This document shows, in pieces, positions 1 to 8,740 of a stretch of DNA of 39,271 bases. The stretch covers positions 1-39,271 of the forward strand of contig JBDRGF010000126.1 in NCBI GenBank assembly GCA_043818055.1, in the 5' to 3' direction. This stretch comes from Pseudomonadota bacterium (GTDB lineage: Bacteria; UBA10199; 2-02-FULL-44-16; JBDRGF01). The notes beneath the pieces were generated by a model. It was not told the DNA's origin. It did not search any database and saw nothing but the letters and a program-made list of their open reading frames with translations. Both the position numbers and the translations under genes were made by a program. Position 1 is the stretch's first letter, and each line of letters starts with the position of its first letter.

Positions 1-136
1 TTATGAAAAATATAAATCTGAAAAGCTCAAAAACAACGAAGAGACAAAAATATGGAAAAACAGACAAAATATTATCTTTTAAAAACAATAACTTAAAAAC
101 AACCTAAAAAAAGTACACTTTTTGGCCGGTTAATTA

Positions 137-163
137 GCAACTTTTTTGAATGTTTGACGATAA
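137..163 (+). promoter_or_regulatory. Bipartite motif GCAACTT-N13-ACGATAA, candidate alternative-sigma (FliA/sigma28-like -10) promoter
   Basis: One of four similar copies in the window. It lies upstream of the SD (AAGGAGG) and ATG at 237. Confidence 0.6.
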
Positions 164-236
164 GAATAAATGAAGGACAACTTTCCAGTGACCAGATTGG
201 AACATTAAAATACATAAGGAGATAAGGAGGAAAAAT

Positions 237-659
237 ATGGTTATTTGTAAGTTGGAAGGGGCTGAAAGCAAATTCAGCCTTAATTTTCAAACGAAATTTG
301 GTTTTAATACTAAGGGGGGTAAATCATTTAAAGATGTCACAAAACATGTTTTTAGTGGGCATCCTTATGAGAAGCAGTGTAAAGCGCTTTTTTACAAGAG
401 GAATGCAAAAGTCATGGCTATTTATGATTATGATAAATCGCTATCCTTTTTTTGGAAAATTTCGAGGTTTTTTGGTCGGGGAGTACGTTTTTCTGTGCCA
501 GAGCGATGTGTATGTGTTGTGAAACAAAAAAATAAAGTTGTTGGTGAAAACAATGTCGCAAAAAAACGTGTCAAAAAAAGAATCCCAAAAAAGCAGATGA
601 AACAAAAACCTCTTATCCCTGCAGTGAGGACGAGAGTTAAAACAACCGAAAGAAAATGA
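237..659 (+). CDS. Hypothetical basic protein (140 aa)
   Basis: Strong SD TAAGGAGG before the ATG. Its stop overlaps the next ATG (ATGA). No recognisable domain. Confidence 0.6.
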   Translation: MVICKLEGAESKFSLNFQTKFGFNTKGGKSFKDVTKHVFSGHPYEKQCKALFYKRNAKVMAIYDYDKSLSFFWKISRFFGRGVRFSVPERCVCVVKQKNKVVGENNVAKKRVKKRIPKKQMKQKPLIPAVRTRVKTTERK

Positions 660-1705
660 ACACAGAAAATTGCAGAGAAAAAAAGATCGAAAATAAAAAG
701 GATGTTGCTATGGCCGCTTCTAAAAGTATATCGGGTAAACATAATGGTATTATAATATCACAGAGTTTTTTTCCACCACATGAAGGTGTGAACGAAAAAA
801 AATATGGAAGTAAACCACAGAAGACTAAGATGATCGGAGTTATGTTTCCAGCGCTTACTTTAAATGAAATCATAAAAAAAGAGAGAGGATCTTTTAAACG
901 CGAAAAGTTTGGTATTCTCAAATTATTCTCAGGATTGCTTTTCGGATGCACTCCATCTACCCACCAGAAAGCAGATCCACCAACTGTGCATAAAATGCCC
1001 TTTCTAAAACAAAAAGAAGAGAAGAGAATTCGAATTGTAGTTGTTGATGTTGACATTGCCAAGGTGGTCGGCAGTCTGATTAGAACTCTTCTTGATGATC
1101 GTGATCCAAATAGAAGGGCTAATGCTGCGAGAGAATTAATAGAGCTTTTGACTAAGCATTCAAAAAGAGAAATTAGAACTCGCCCAATAAGATCAGCTCT
1201 AATTAAGGCGCTGGCAGATGAGGTTAAATCGGTTAGAGTGGCAGCTGCAAATGCGTTAACGAATAAACTGATAGGGGCTTTTGGAGCATCAATGCTTGTT
1301 CAAAGTAAACCGGAACATCTTCCTTATCTTCTGCTTGCGGCGTACGTGTATCCCTATAATACGCCTAATGTTGTCAAGCGGTGTGCCAAGACAATTCTGG
1401 GATATTCCCAGGTTCCGACATTTTTTCAAGCGATCGAGAGATTGAAAAACAAGAATGGATTGGTTTTAAATATGACCCGTCAGTTATTGATACCTAAATT
1501 GATCAGAGCGATAAAGCATAAAAGGCGACTCGTCAGAGTGGCTCCGGCATTCATTTTAAAAAAGATTTATAGATGTCAGGATAAAAATACTATTAATTCC
1601 AGTCTTAGAAGTAGAAAAATGAATTATCATACTAAGTCAGTAATTGGTGATGTCATGAGGAAGTGTAGAATATCTAGATCACGAAAACAAAGATTAAAAA
1701 ACTGA
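656..1705 (+). CDS. HEAT-repeat (PBS-lyase-like) domain protein
   Basis: Motifs LLDDRDPNRRANAAREL, LIKALADEVKSVRVAAANAL and LIRAIKHKRRLVRVA. The start may be slightly downstream. Confidence 0.7.
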   Translation: MNTENCREKKIENKKDVAMAASKSISGKHNGIIISQSFFPPHEGVNEKKYGSKPQKTKMIGVMFPALTLNEIIKKERGSFKREKFGILKLFSGLLFGCTPSTHQKADPPTVHKMPFLKQKEEKRIRIVVVDVDIAKVVGSLIRTLLDDRDPNRRANAARELIELLTKHSKREIRTRPIRSALIKALADEVKSVRVAAANALTNKLIGAFGASMLVQSKPEHLPYLLLAAYVYPYNTPNVVKRCAKTILGYSQVPTFFQAIERLKNKNGLVLNMTRQLLIPKLIRAIKHKRRLVRVAPAFILKKIYRCQDKNTINSSLRSRKMNYHTKSVIGDVMRKCRISRSRKQRLKN

Positions 1706-1767
1706 AGACATCTTACGTTAACATGAACTGTAAATGATTATAGTGCAGAAGTACAAAGGAGGAATCT

Positions 1768-3774
1768 ATGACTATTTTGAAAAGTGTTAGTTCTGGAGTC
1801 AATTTAACTACTTCGAATAACCGTGTAGTGAAATCAAGGTGGAAATATAATGATGGAAAATATAGTTTGAATCGAACACCTTTTTCTAATCAAAGGAAGG
1901 TTGTATTTATAGCTCCTTTTGCAGTTCCTCTTTTTGCAGGAGGATCAAAGTATAAAAAGAACACTATTAGTTCTATTTCTGCCTTGATCAAAGCTTCGAA
2001 GAGTGAGAACCCAAATGTCCGTCTGAATGCCGCCAAAGCATTAGGTGAAATTGGCTCTAAATTAAACGGAGCTGTCCTTGTTTTAATCTCTCTTTTAAGT
2101 GATGGTAATGAATTTGTACGTGGAGAAGCGGCTGAGGCGTTAGGTAAAATTGGCCCAAACGCAGTGGAGGCCATTCCTGCGCTGATCAAGGCGATGAAGG
2201 ACAAAAGCAGTTATGTGTCTTGGAAATCGATACATGTGTTAGCGAAAATGGGTGTCAATGCGGTGCAGGCTGTCCCCTCATTAATTGCAATAATAAAATA
2301 TAATAAAAATATTACTTTGCGTTTGGAAGCAGTTCGGACAATAGGTAAAATTAGACCAGCTGCATCTAGTGCAATTCCAGTAATAATTAAAGCTTCTAAG
2401 AATAAAAATAATATTATGCGTAAGGAAGCAGTATGTACATTGGGAAAGATAGGCAACAATACGGCTAAAGTTGTAATGGCTTTGATGAAGACTTTGGAAG
2501 ATAAAGATCCTCATGTGCGTATGTATGCTGCGTTGGCATTAGCTGAAATTCGACCTAAAAGAAATCGTGTTGTAAAAGCTTTAGTTAGGAGGGTTCTGTA
2601 TGATAAAAGTAGCAATGTAAAAGCTGAAGCAGCATTGGCGCTTGGTAAAATCGGACTAAAATATGCAAGAGTTATCCCGGTTTTGATCAAAACTTTGAAA
2701 CACACAGATCATTTTGTGCGTCAGATGGCAGCAGAAGCTTTAATCATGTTTGGATCAAAAGCTGTTCCAGCTTTGATGAAATATTTGAATGATGAAAATA
2801 ACGATATACGCAAGGGATCAATGTATGTACTGGTAAGAATCGGCACAAACATTCCTTTTTTAATTAAAGCCTTGAAGGATAGTGATGAGAAAATTCGCGA
2901 AATAGCAATATTATCTCTGGGTAATCAAGGACAAAATGCGATTAGTGCCAGTCCTTATTTGATCAATAATTTATTCAACAATTCGCAAGACGGGTATTAT
3001 TACAACAGATACTATATGAGAGAGTATATATTTAATTTAACAATTAAGACGCTAAGGAAAATCAATCCAAATTTTATTTGCGATTTGACAAAGATTTTAA
3101 AAAATAATGATAGTACCATGCGCAAGAGGGTTGCAGAGGTGTTGGGAAAGATTGTTCCAAGTGCTGTACAAGCTGTACCTGCTTTAATCTATGCATTGAC
3201 AGATAAAAGTGATGATGTGCGTCGTGAAGTTGCAGAGACTTTGGGTAAAATTGGTCCAAATGCTGCACAAGCCATTCCTGCTTTAATCAAAGCCTTAAAA
3301 GATAAAGATAAGCATGTGCGTCGTGAAGTTGCAGAGACTTTAGGTAGAATTGGTCCAAATGCTGCACAAGCTATCCCCGCTTTGATTAAAGCCTTAAAAG
3401 ATAATGATAAGTATGTGCGTAAGGAAGTGATAAGTTCATTGGGTGTGATTGGACCAAATGCGGCTAGAGTCATTTCTGCTTTGATAATAACTTTGAATGA
3501 CAAAAGTGAAGATGTGCGTTGGAGGGCAATATGGACTCTTGAAAGAATTGGAGCTGGAGCAGCTAGATCTATTCCCGCCTTGTTATTACTAGCGTCAGCT
3601 AAAAAAAATAGTTCTACAAGTTATTATGCAACAAACGCTATAATTGCTATCGCACAAAAATCCGGTTTGGCAATCCGATTACTAAAACAGGCCTATTTGA
3701 AAAGCAAGTTTCTGTGTGTGCAACTTTTGGCAAAAGATATTCTACAAAAAATCCGGACTAAAACAAGGCGTTAA
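1768..3774 (+). CDS. Large HEAT-repeat (PBS-lyase/EZ-HEAT) protein, 668 aa
   Basis: SD AAGGAGG. Many ~31-33 aa repeats of the type VRxxAAxALGKIGPxAxxAIPALIKALKD. Confidence 0.92.
   Translation: MTILKSVSSGVNLTTSNNRVVKSRWKYNDGKYSLNRTPFSNQRKVVFIAPFAVPLFAGGSKYKKNTISSISALIKASKSENPNVRLNAAKALGEIGSKLNGAVLVLISLLSDGNEFVRGEAAEALGKIGPNAVEAIPALIKAMKDKSSYVSWKSIHVLAKMGVNAVQAVPSLIAIIKYNKNITLRLEAVRTIGKIRPAASSAIPVIIKASKNKNNIMRKEAVCTLGKIGNNTAKVVMALMKTLEDKDPHVRMYAALALAEIRPKRNRVVKALVRRVLYDKSSNVKAEAALALGKIGLKYARVIPVLIKTLKHTDHFVRQMAAEALIMFGSKAVPALMKYLNDENNDIRKGSMYVLVRIGTNIPFLIKALKDSDEKIREIAILSLGNQGQNAISASPYLINNLFNNSQDGYYYNRYYMREYIFNLTIKTLRKINPNFICDLTKILKNNDSTMRKRVAEVLGKIVPSAVQAVPALIYALTDKSDDVRREVAETLGKIGPNAAQAIPALIKALKDKDKHVRREVAETLGRIGPNAAQAIPALIKALKDNDKYVRKEVISSLGVIGPNAARVISALIITLNDKSEDVRWRAIWTLERIGAGAARSIPALLLLASAKKNSSTSYYATNAIIAIAQKSGLAIRLLKQAYLKSKFLCVQLLAKDILQKIRTKTRR
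3118..3612 (+). repeat. 99-bp intragenic tandem repeat (about 5 units) encoding HEAT units
   Basis: Anchors at 3217, 3316, 3415 and 3514 (GTGCGT) and at 3118 (ATGCGC). The units at 3217 and 3316 are nearly identical. Confidence 0.85.
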
Positions 3775-3792
3775 TAGTGAAAATATGTTTTC

Positions 3793-4644
3793 TTAGTTGA
3801 AATTGAAGTGTCGAAATGCTCCAATTGCAGCTGCGGTGCCGTCCTTCACGGCAATTGCAATATGTCTTTCTGTTGAAGTGCGATAACAATCTCCTGCTAC
3901 GAAAACGCCGTGTGGCGGATTTTTTATATCGATAAGATTCGATTTCGTTTCCTTGCCTATACAGGCGATGGTGAGATCGGCAGATATATTGATGGATGTT
4001 AGATCATATTCTGTAATGATGTTTATCTTTTTCTCTTTTGCTCTCTTAACGAGTATTTCCAAAGCTTTTGGTTTACCTCCACGCATCACGATCAAGACGT
4101 TTTTAGCCCTTTTAGAAAAATTGAGCGCCTGGTCAAAGGCTGCATCACCGCCGCCGATGATGATGATGTCCTTTCCCTCGTGTTCGACGAGATCTGGATC
4201 AGCATAATAGAGCGCGTTTGGAATGTTGATTTTTTTTGGAATTGCGCCTGTAGCAATAATTATAGTGTCGCATTTGTAAAAATTGTTCGCAGTTTTAATG
4301 CATTTTTTCCCTCTCCCCTGGCGGGAGAGGGTAGGGAGAGGGGGTAGTATTTCAATTGCTTCATCATAAATAATATCGATTTTTGTCGATTTTAAATGAT
4401 CGATCCACGGTTTGATAAAATCCTTTCCAGAGAGCGGCTGAGAGCCCGGAAAGTTTTCAATCAGGTTGGCGATGTTGACCTCGCCACCAAGTCTATTTCT
4501 TTCTATAATAGCAGCTCTTAGCCCAAGCCTTGCTGCTTGAATACTCGCTGCAATCCCAGCTGGTCCACCACCTATTATTGTTACATCATATATTGTTTTA
4601 TTATTGTTTTTTGTAAGGTTCCGCATAATAAAGTTGTTAATCAA
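3793..4644 (-). CDS. Thioredoxin-reductase-like NAD(P)/FAD oxidoreductase lacking CxxC
   Basis: GGGPAG FAD motif, IENFPG, IATGA, GGGDAA and FVAGD are present. No CxxC. The start may be the ATG at 4626. Confidence 0.85.
   Translation of the reverse strand: MINNFIMRNLTKNNNKTIYDVTIIGGGPAGIAASIQAARLGLRAAIIERNRLGGEVNIANLIENFPGSQPLSGKDFIKPWIDHLKSTKIDIIYDEAIEILPPLPTLSRQGRGKKCIKTANNFYKCDTIIIATGAIPKKINIPNALYYADPDLVEHEGKDIIIIGGGDAAFDQALNFSKRAKNVLIVMRGGKPKALEILVKRAKEKKINIITEYDLTSINISADLTIACIGKETKSNLIDIKNPPHGVFVAGDCYRTSTERHIAIAVKDGTAAAIGAFRHFNFN
4309..4344. repeat. REP-like palindrome CCCTCTCCC-CTGGC-GGGAGAGGG-TAGGGAGAGGGGG inside a CDS
   Basis: Perfect 9-bp stem. Exactly 36 nt in frame, encoding PPLPTLSRQGRG. 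Confidence 0.8.
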
Positions 4645-4648
4645 TCAA

Positions 4649-4698
4649 GTTGTAAGCTATAAGCTGTAAGTGATAAGAAAAAACTTAACGCTTACAGC
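4649..4698. repeat. 7-bp degenerate tandem array with inverted partner
   Basis: GTTGTAA GCTATAA GCTGTAA GTGATAA ... CTTAACG CTTACAGC. Confidence 0.7.
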
Positions 4699-4766
4699 TC
4701 GTTCAATTTATCAATTAGCTTCTCTGTTATAATAACATGCCCAAACCCATGAGCCGTCGCCTTCAA
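4692..4766 (-). pseudogene. Duplicated, diverged 3' end of the isochorismatase gene
   Basis: Reads LKATAHGFGHVIITEKLIDKLNEL* versus LRAMAHGFGHISTTQKLIKKFNNS* at 8815-8741. An 18-bp core is identical. Confidence 0.85.
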
Positions 4767-6206
4767 TCACGATGGTATTTTAAGAGTGATCGTAGTTCCC
4801 TTTCCCAGCTCAGATTCCAAGCTCACCTCTCCATTATATGCTGATATGAGTTCCTTAACCAGAGGAAGGCCTAATCCCACACCCTCTACATTGCCGGTAA
4901 AATATTTTTCAACTTGATAAAATTTTTCAAAAACCTTTGTTTGTTCTTCAGGGGGTATGCCGGGGCCGTTATCTGATATCGATATATTCATAAATCCGGG
5001 CGTTTCATTTACAGCGATGTTGATTCTAGCGATATCCTTATCGTTGAATTTAATCGCATTGCCTATCAGGTTTTTGATGATGAGATCAAAATGCGATTTG
5101 TTTATCGCAACCTTTAATTTCTCTGGACATTCGATATTAAATTCAACCTTTGTTTCATTCGCAGACTTCAACCATGGTTCGACAGTCTCCTCGATATTGT
5201 TTTTTATTTCAATAGATTCTCCAGAAAGTTTTATACTGGTTCTACATATTGCAGTATACCCGATCAGATTTCCAATAAGTTCACCGAGGTTGAAAAATTT
5301 CACCTCCAGTTTGGTAGCCATTTTCTTTTGCTCATCGTTGAGCTTGTCATGGATTCCTTCAAATAAGTTGGAGAATAGCATCCTGATAACTGCCAAGGGT
5401 GAACGCAATTTATGTGAGATGAGACTCAGAAAATTCTGTTTAAGGTTTTCCTTTGTGCGTTGTTCAGTTACATCGTCAAGTATCATCACAATACTGCTTA
5501 TCTCACCTAGAGGGTTTCTTACAAGGCTAGTCCTGGCCGACAATATAAGAGGCTTAATATTATCTGTCTCAGTTCGCTGCAGGTCAAATGAGATGTCCTT
5601 TGAGCAGATGTCTTTCATCAATGTCTCGTCATAGATAATCCGGAAATTTTTGTGTAGGCGATCAATACAGTTGGACATATCTTCGTTTTCTTTAATGTCG
5701 AGGAGAATTTTAGCGTTCTTGTTGAAACGTGTTGCTCTTAGATCGGCATTGAAGACGACAAGGCAATTGGTAATATTATCGAGGATGTATTCAAACTTCT
5801 CCTTCTCATCCAATTGTGAACGGTAATAACTTAACTTGAGAAGCGTTTTTACCCTCGCAAGAACCTCGTTTGAATCAAAGGGTTTGGAAATGAAGTCGTC
5901 GCAACCAGCCTCGATTCCTTTTATCCTATCCTTGGTCTCATTGAGGGCTGTTATCAGGACGATAGGCATAAGTCGGGTTTTCTCATCGAGCCTCAACCTC
6001 CTTGTCACTTCGAATCCATCAATATCCGGCATCATAATATCGAGTAGGATCAGGTCAGGTTTATCCTCAGATGCCATCCTCATGGCATCTTTGCCGCTGT
6101 AAGCAGCAAGGATTTCATAATTTTGAAGTGAAAGATGTGCTTCAAGCAGCCTCACATTTCTTGGTTCATCATCAACTACCAGGATTTTGGGCTTATATTT
6201 TTCCAT
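4767..6206 (-). CDS. Hybrid response regulator/histidine kinase (REC-PAS-HisKA-HATPase)
   Basis: Receiver VVDD...LLDIMMP...SKP; H-box SHKLRSPL; N-box NLIGNAIKF; G boxes DNGPGI and GVGLGL. Confidence 0.93.
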   Translation of the reverse strand: MEKYKPKILVVDDEPRNVRLLEAHLSLQNYEILAAYSGKDAMRMASEDKPDLILLDIMMPDIDGFEVTRRLRLDEKTRLMPIVLITALNETKDRIKGIEAGCDDFISKPFDSNEVLARVKTLLKLSYYRSQLDEKEKFEYILDNITNCLVVFNADLRATRFNKNAKILLDIKENEDMSNCIDRLHKNFRIIYDETLMKDICSKDISFDLQRTETDNIKPLILSARTSLVRNPLGEISSIVMILDDVTEQRTKENLKQNFLSLISHKLRSPLAVIRMLFSNLFEGIHDKLNDEQKKMATKLEVKFFNLGELIGNLIGYTAICRTSIKLSGESIEIKNNIEETVEPWLKSANETKVEFNIECPEKLKVAINKSHFDLIIKNLIGNAIKFNDKDIARINIAVNETPGFMNISISDNGPGIPPEEQTKVFEKFYQVEKYFTGNVEGVGLGLPLVKELISAYNGEVSLESELGKGTTITLKIPS

Positions 6207-6241
6207 GATATCTCCATTGTTAGGAAAGGGTTGTCATTATG

Positions 6242-8116
6242 CTAGGCTTTTATAGGGAGAATGAAGGTAAATCGACACCCCTTGTCCTTGCCTTCACTTT
6301 CTACCCAGATTTTACCTCCATGCAGTTCTACTAGCCGCTTTGTGACTGCGAGACCTAGTCCTACACCCTCATTTTTTCGTTTAGAGCTGTTGTCTATCTG
6401 TTCAAATTCCTTGAATACCCTCTCCTTATCATTTTCCTCGATTCCTATGCCGTTATCCCAAACTGTGACGGAAAGTCTATCTTGGTCGATTTCAGTTTCT
6501 ATCCCAATGCTTCCTCCGGGAGGTGTAAATTTGACTGCATTGGAGAGGAGGTTGATTAAAATTTGTGTTATCATCCTATTATCACATTTTATCGTGCCGA
6601 TATCCTCTTGTATATCCAAGGAAAGGCTAAGTGCATTATCCGAAATCATTTTTCTGATTGATGATGCACTATTCTTAATAATTACTGCAATGTCATAATC
6701 GCGTAGATCCACATCCATTTTACCAGCTTCGATTTTTGTGAGATCGAGAATTTCATTTATGAGTGCAAAAAGGTGTTTGCCGCTATCCCAGATGTCATTT
6801 GCGAAGCTCAATTGGTTTTCGTTAAGGGTTCCATATCCCCCATCCTTTAGAATCTCTGCAAACCCGATGATGGAGTTCAGAGGTGTTCTCAGCTCGTGTG
6901 ATATATTCGCAATGAATTGCGTCTTGGCAGCGTTGTTCATCTCCGCCGCCTCTTTTGCTTTCATTAATTCTATTTCCACATTTTTACGTATGGTTATGTC
7001 GTGTGCAACGTGAACGACATGTGTGATTTTACCACTTTCATCGATGACTGGGGAAGTTGTAACTTCAACGAACATTCTATTTCCAACTTTGTCAAAATGT
7101 ATGTGTTGTGCTTTTGCATGCGTACCTTTTTCAAGGGTTTCCTTCAAGGGGCATAAATCCAGCGGTGGCATGCATGGAGTCAATCTATGATGTGTAACTT
7201 CGTAGCAAGGTTTTCCAATGACCTCCTCTTTTCTTAATCCTAATGTATTTAGAAATGTATTGTTTACCGCTACTATTTTGAAGTTGGTTGGGTCTATGAC
7301 CGATATTTCCTCATTCACGCTGTCGAGAATTGCCTGGCTGAACTGTTGCGATTCAAACAATTCAGCTTTAGTCTTTCTCAGATAATCGAGTTCCTCCGAC
7401 TTGAAGATATCCATTAGTCTCCATATCGACATGGCAGCGAGCATGGCGCATATCATGCGGAAGAACTGTACTGGATATCCTACGAGGGAGAGGAACGTAT
7501 TTGTATTAACTACTGAGGTAGGAAAAAAATCTGACTGAGAAACAATTAATCCCCCTAGAACGCCATATATTCCAATGCTAATACTGAGGATTATAAAATA
7601 TTTTCTTATCGGTAAACTTTTCAGTGCAACAGTTTTCTTGGAATAGTACAAAAGAAGACCTATCGATGTCATGATTGCCCCGGGAAAGCCTATGAAATAT
7701 CGGGCAGAGGTAGACCAGGTTCCCAAATCACTTCCATGAACTATCGGAAGTAATATATACAAGAGAGCGAACATGATAGGAATCCATATCCCTGCAACTT
7801 TATTGTTGGTAAGTTTTATTAACATGTATCCGAAGATAAAGAGAAAAAAGTAGGAGAGAGGCAATAAAATTTTAGCAATGACTTGAAGTAGGAAAATATC
7901 GCCTTTAATTAGAAGAAACATATCGAGCAATTCATTCGTTCCATGTAAGATTCCGAACCAGGCGAGATATGGCAACAGATAGAAAAGTTTGAATTGGCTC
8001 TTCACCGTAGCCCTATACTGCGCTAAAATGACGATTCCTAAAAAGAAGAACGAAAACCCATAGAAGAAGAACACCACATCCATGTTGTTTTTGATAAATT
8101 CCTGAAATATGATCAT
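6242..8116 (-). CDS. Membrane-bound PAS sensor histidine kinase
   Basis: Multi-TM N-terminus, PAS with CY...C...CP motif, SHELRTPL, NLLSNAVKF, GVGLGL. ATG at 8116 chosen because it follows SD GGAGGG. Confidence 0.93.
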   Translation of the reverse strand: MIIFQEFIKNNMDVVFFFYGFSFFFLGIVILAQYRATVKSQFKLFYLLPYLAWFGILHGTNELLDMFLLIKGDIFLLQVIAKILLPLSYFFLFIFGYMLIKLTNNKVAGIWIPIMFALLYILLPIVHGSDLGTWSTSARYFIGFPGAIMTSIGLLLYYSKKTVALKSLPIRKYFIILSISIGIYGVLGGLIVSQSDFFPTSVVNTNTFLSLVGYPVQFFRMICAMLAAMSIWRLMDIFKSEELDYLRKTKAELFESQQFSQAILDSVNEEISVIDPTNFKIVAVNNTFLNTLGLRKEEVIGKPCYEVTHHRLTPCMPPLDLCPLKETLEKGTHAKAQHIHFDKVGNRMFVEVTTSPVIDESGKITHVVHVAHDITIRKNVEIELMKAKEAAEMNNAAKTQFIANISHELRTPLNSIIGFAEILKDGGYGTLNENQLSFANDIWDSGKHLFALINEILDLTKIEAGKMDVDLRDYDIAVIIKNSASSIRKMISDNALSLSLDIQEDIGTIKCDNRMITQILINLLSNAVKFTPPGGSIGIETEIDQDRLSVTVWDNGIGIEENDKERVFKEFEQIDNSSKRKNEGVGLGLAVTKRLVELHGGKIWVESEGKDKGCRFTFILPIKA

Positions 8117-8165
8117 TTTCTCCCTCCGTTCAAGCCAGAGATACCACAAAAATCGAAACTGATGT

Positions 8166-8549
8166 TTATGACATTGATAATAGCTTTTTTATTCTTGTGA
8201 TAACATCAGCAGTGTCTATCGGTTTGGTAATGTAATCATCAAAGCCGGCGTTTCTAATTTTCATTTCTTCATCTCTCATAGCTAAAGCGGTCATAGCTAT
8301 AATTTTTGTGTGATCGAGATTGCAGTTCTCACGGATTTTTCTAAAAATCTCAAATCCATCCATTTCGGGGAGCTGGATGTCCAAGATAATGAGATCAGGA
8401 ATTCCTGTATATAGGATCTGGATAGCTTCTTTTCCACTGATTGCTTGCAAAATGTTGAAATTATTGATCTCCAACAATGAAACCATTAATCTCATATTTC
8501 GAGGATTATCTTCAACCACAAGAATGGTTTTATTTCCAATTCCAGTCAT
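8166..8549 (-). CDS. Single-domain response regulator (DivK/CheY-like)
   Basis: VVEDN, LDIQLP, AMTA and YITKP receiver motifs. Confidence 0.93.
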   Translation of the reverse strand: MTGIGNKTILVVEDNPRNMRLMVSLLEINNFNILQAISGKEAIQILYTGIPDLIILDIQLPEMDGFEIFRKIRENCNLDHTKIIAMTALAMRDEEMKIRNAGFDDYITKPIDTADVITRIKKLLSMS

Positions 8550-8740
8550 TACGACCCCCCCAAGGCAAATGAATTCATCTCTAAAACCTTTTATAGATAT
8601 TACTTCAGATTGGAAACAAATACAATCATAAGATAGCTAGTGAGAAATGCGAGCTTGAGTCTAGACAATGAATATTGTTAATTGGAAATTGTGAAACGGA
8701 AATTTTTTGCGCACGAAGATGATATGTATGTTTTAAAGAT

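Noticed and set aside
122..138. Possible sigma54 promoter TTGGCCGGTTAATTAGC
   Set aside because: GG and GC are 11 nt apart rather than the required 10.
3118..3612. 99-bp repeats, or the 7-bp arrays, as a CRISPR array
   Set aside because: There are no unique spacers between identical repeats and no cas genes. The 99-bp units are coding HEAT repeats.
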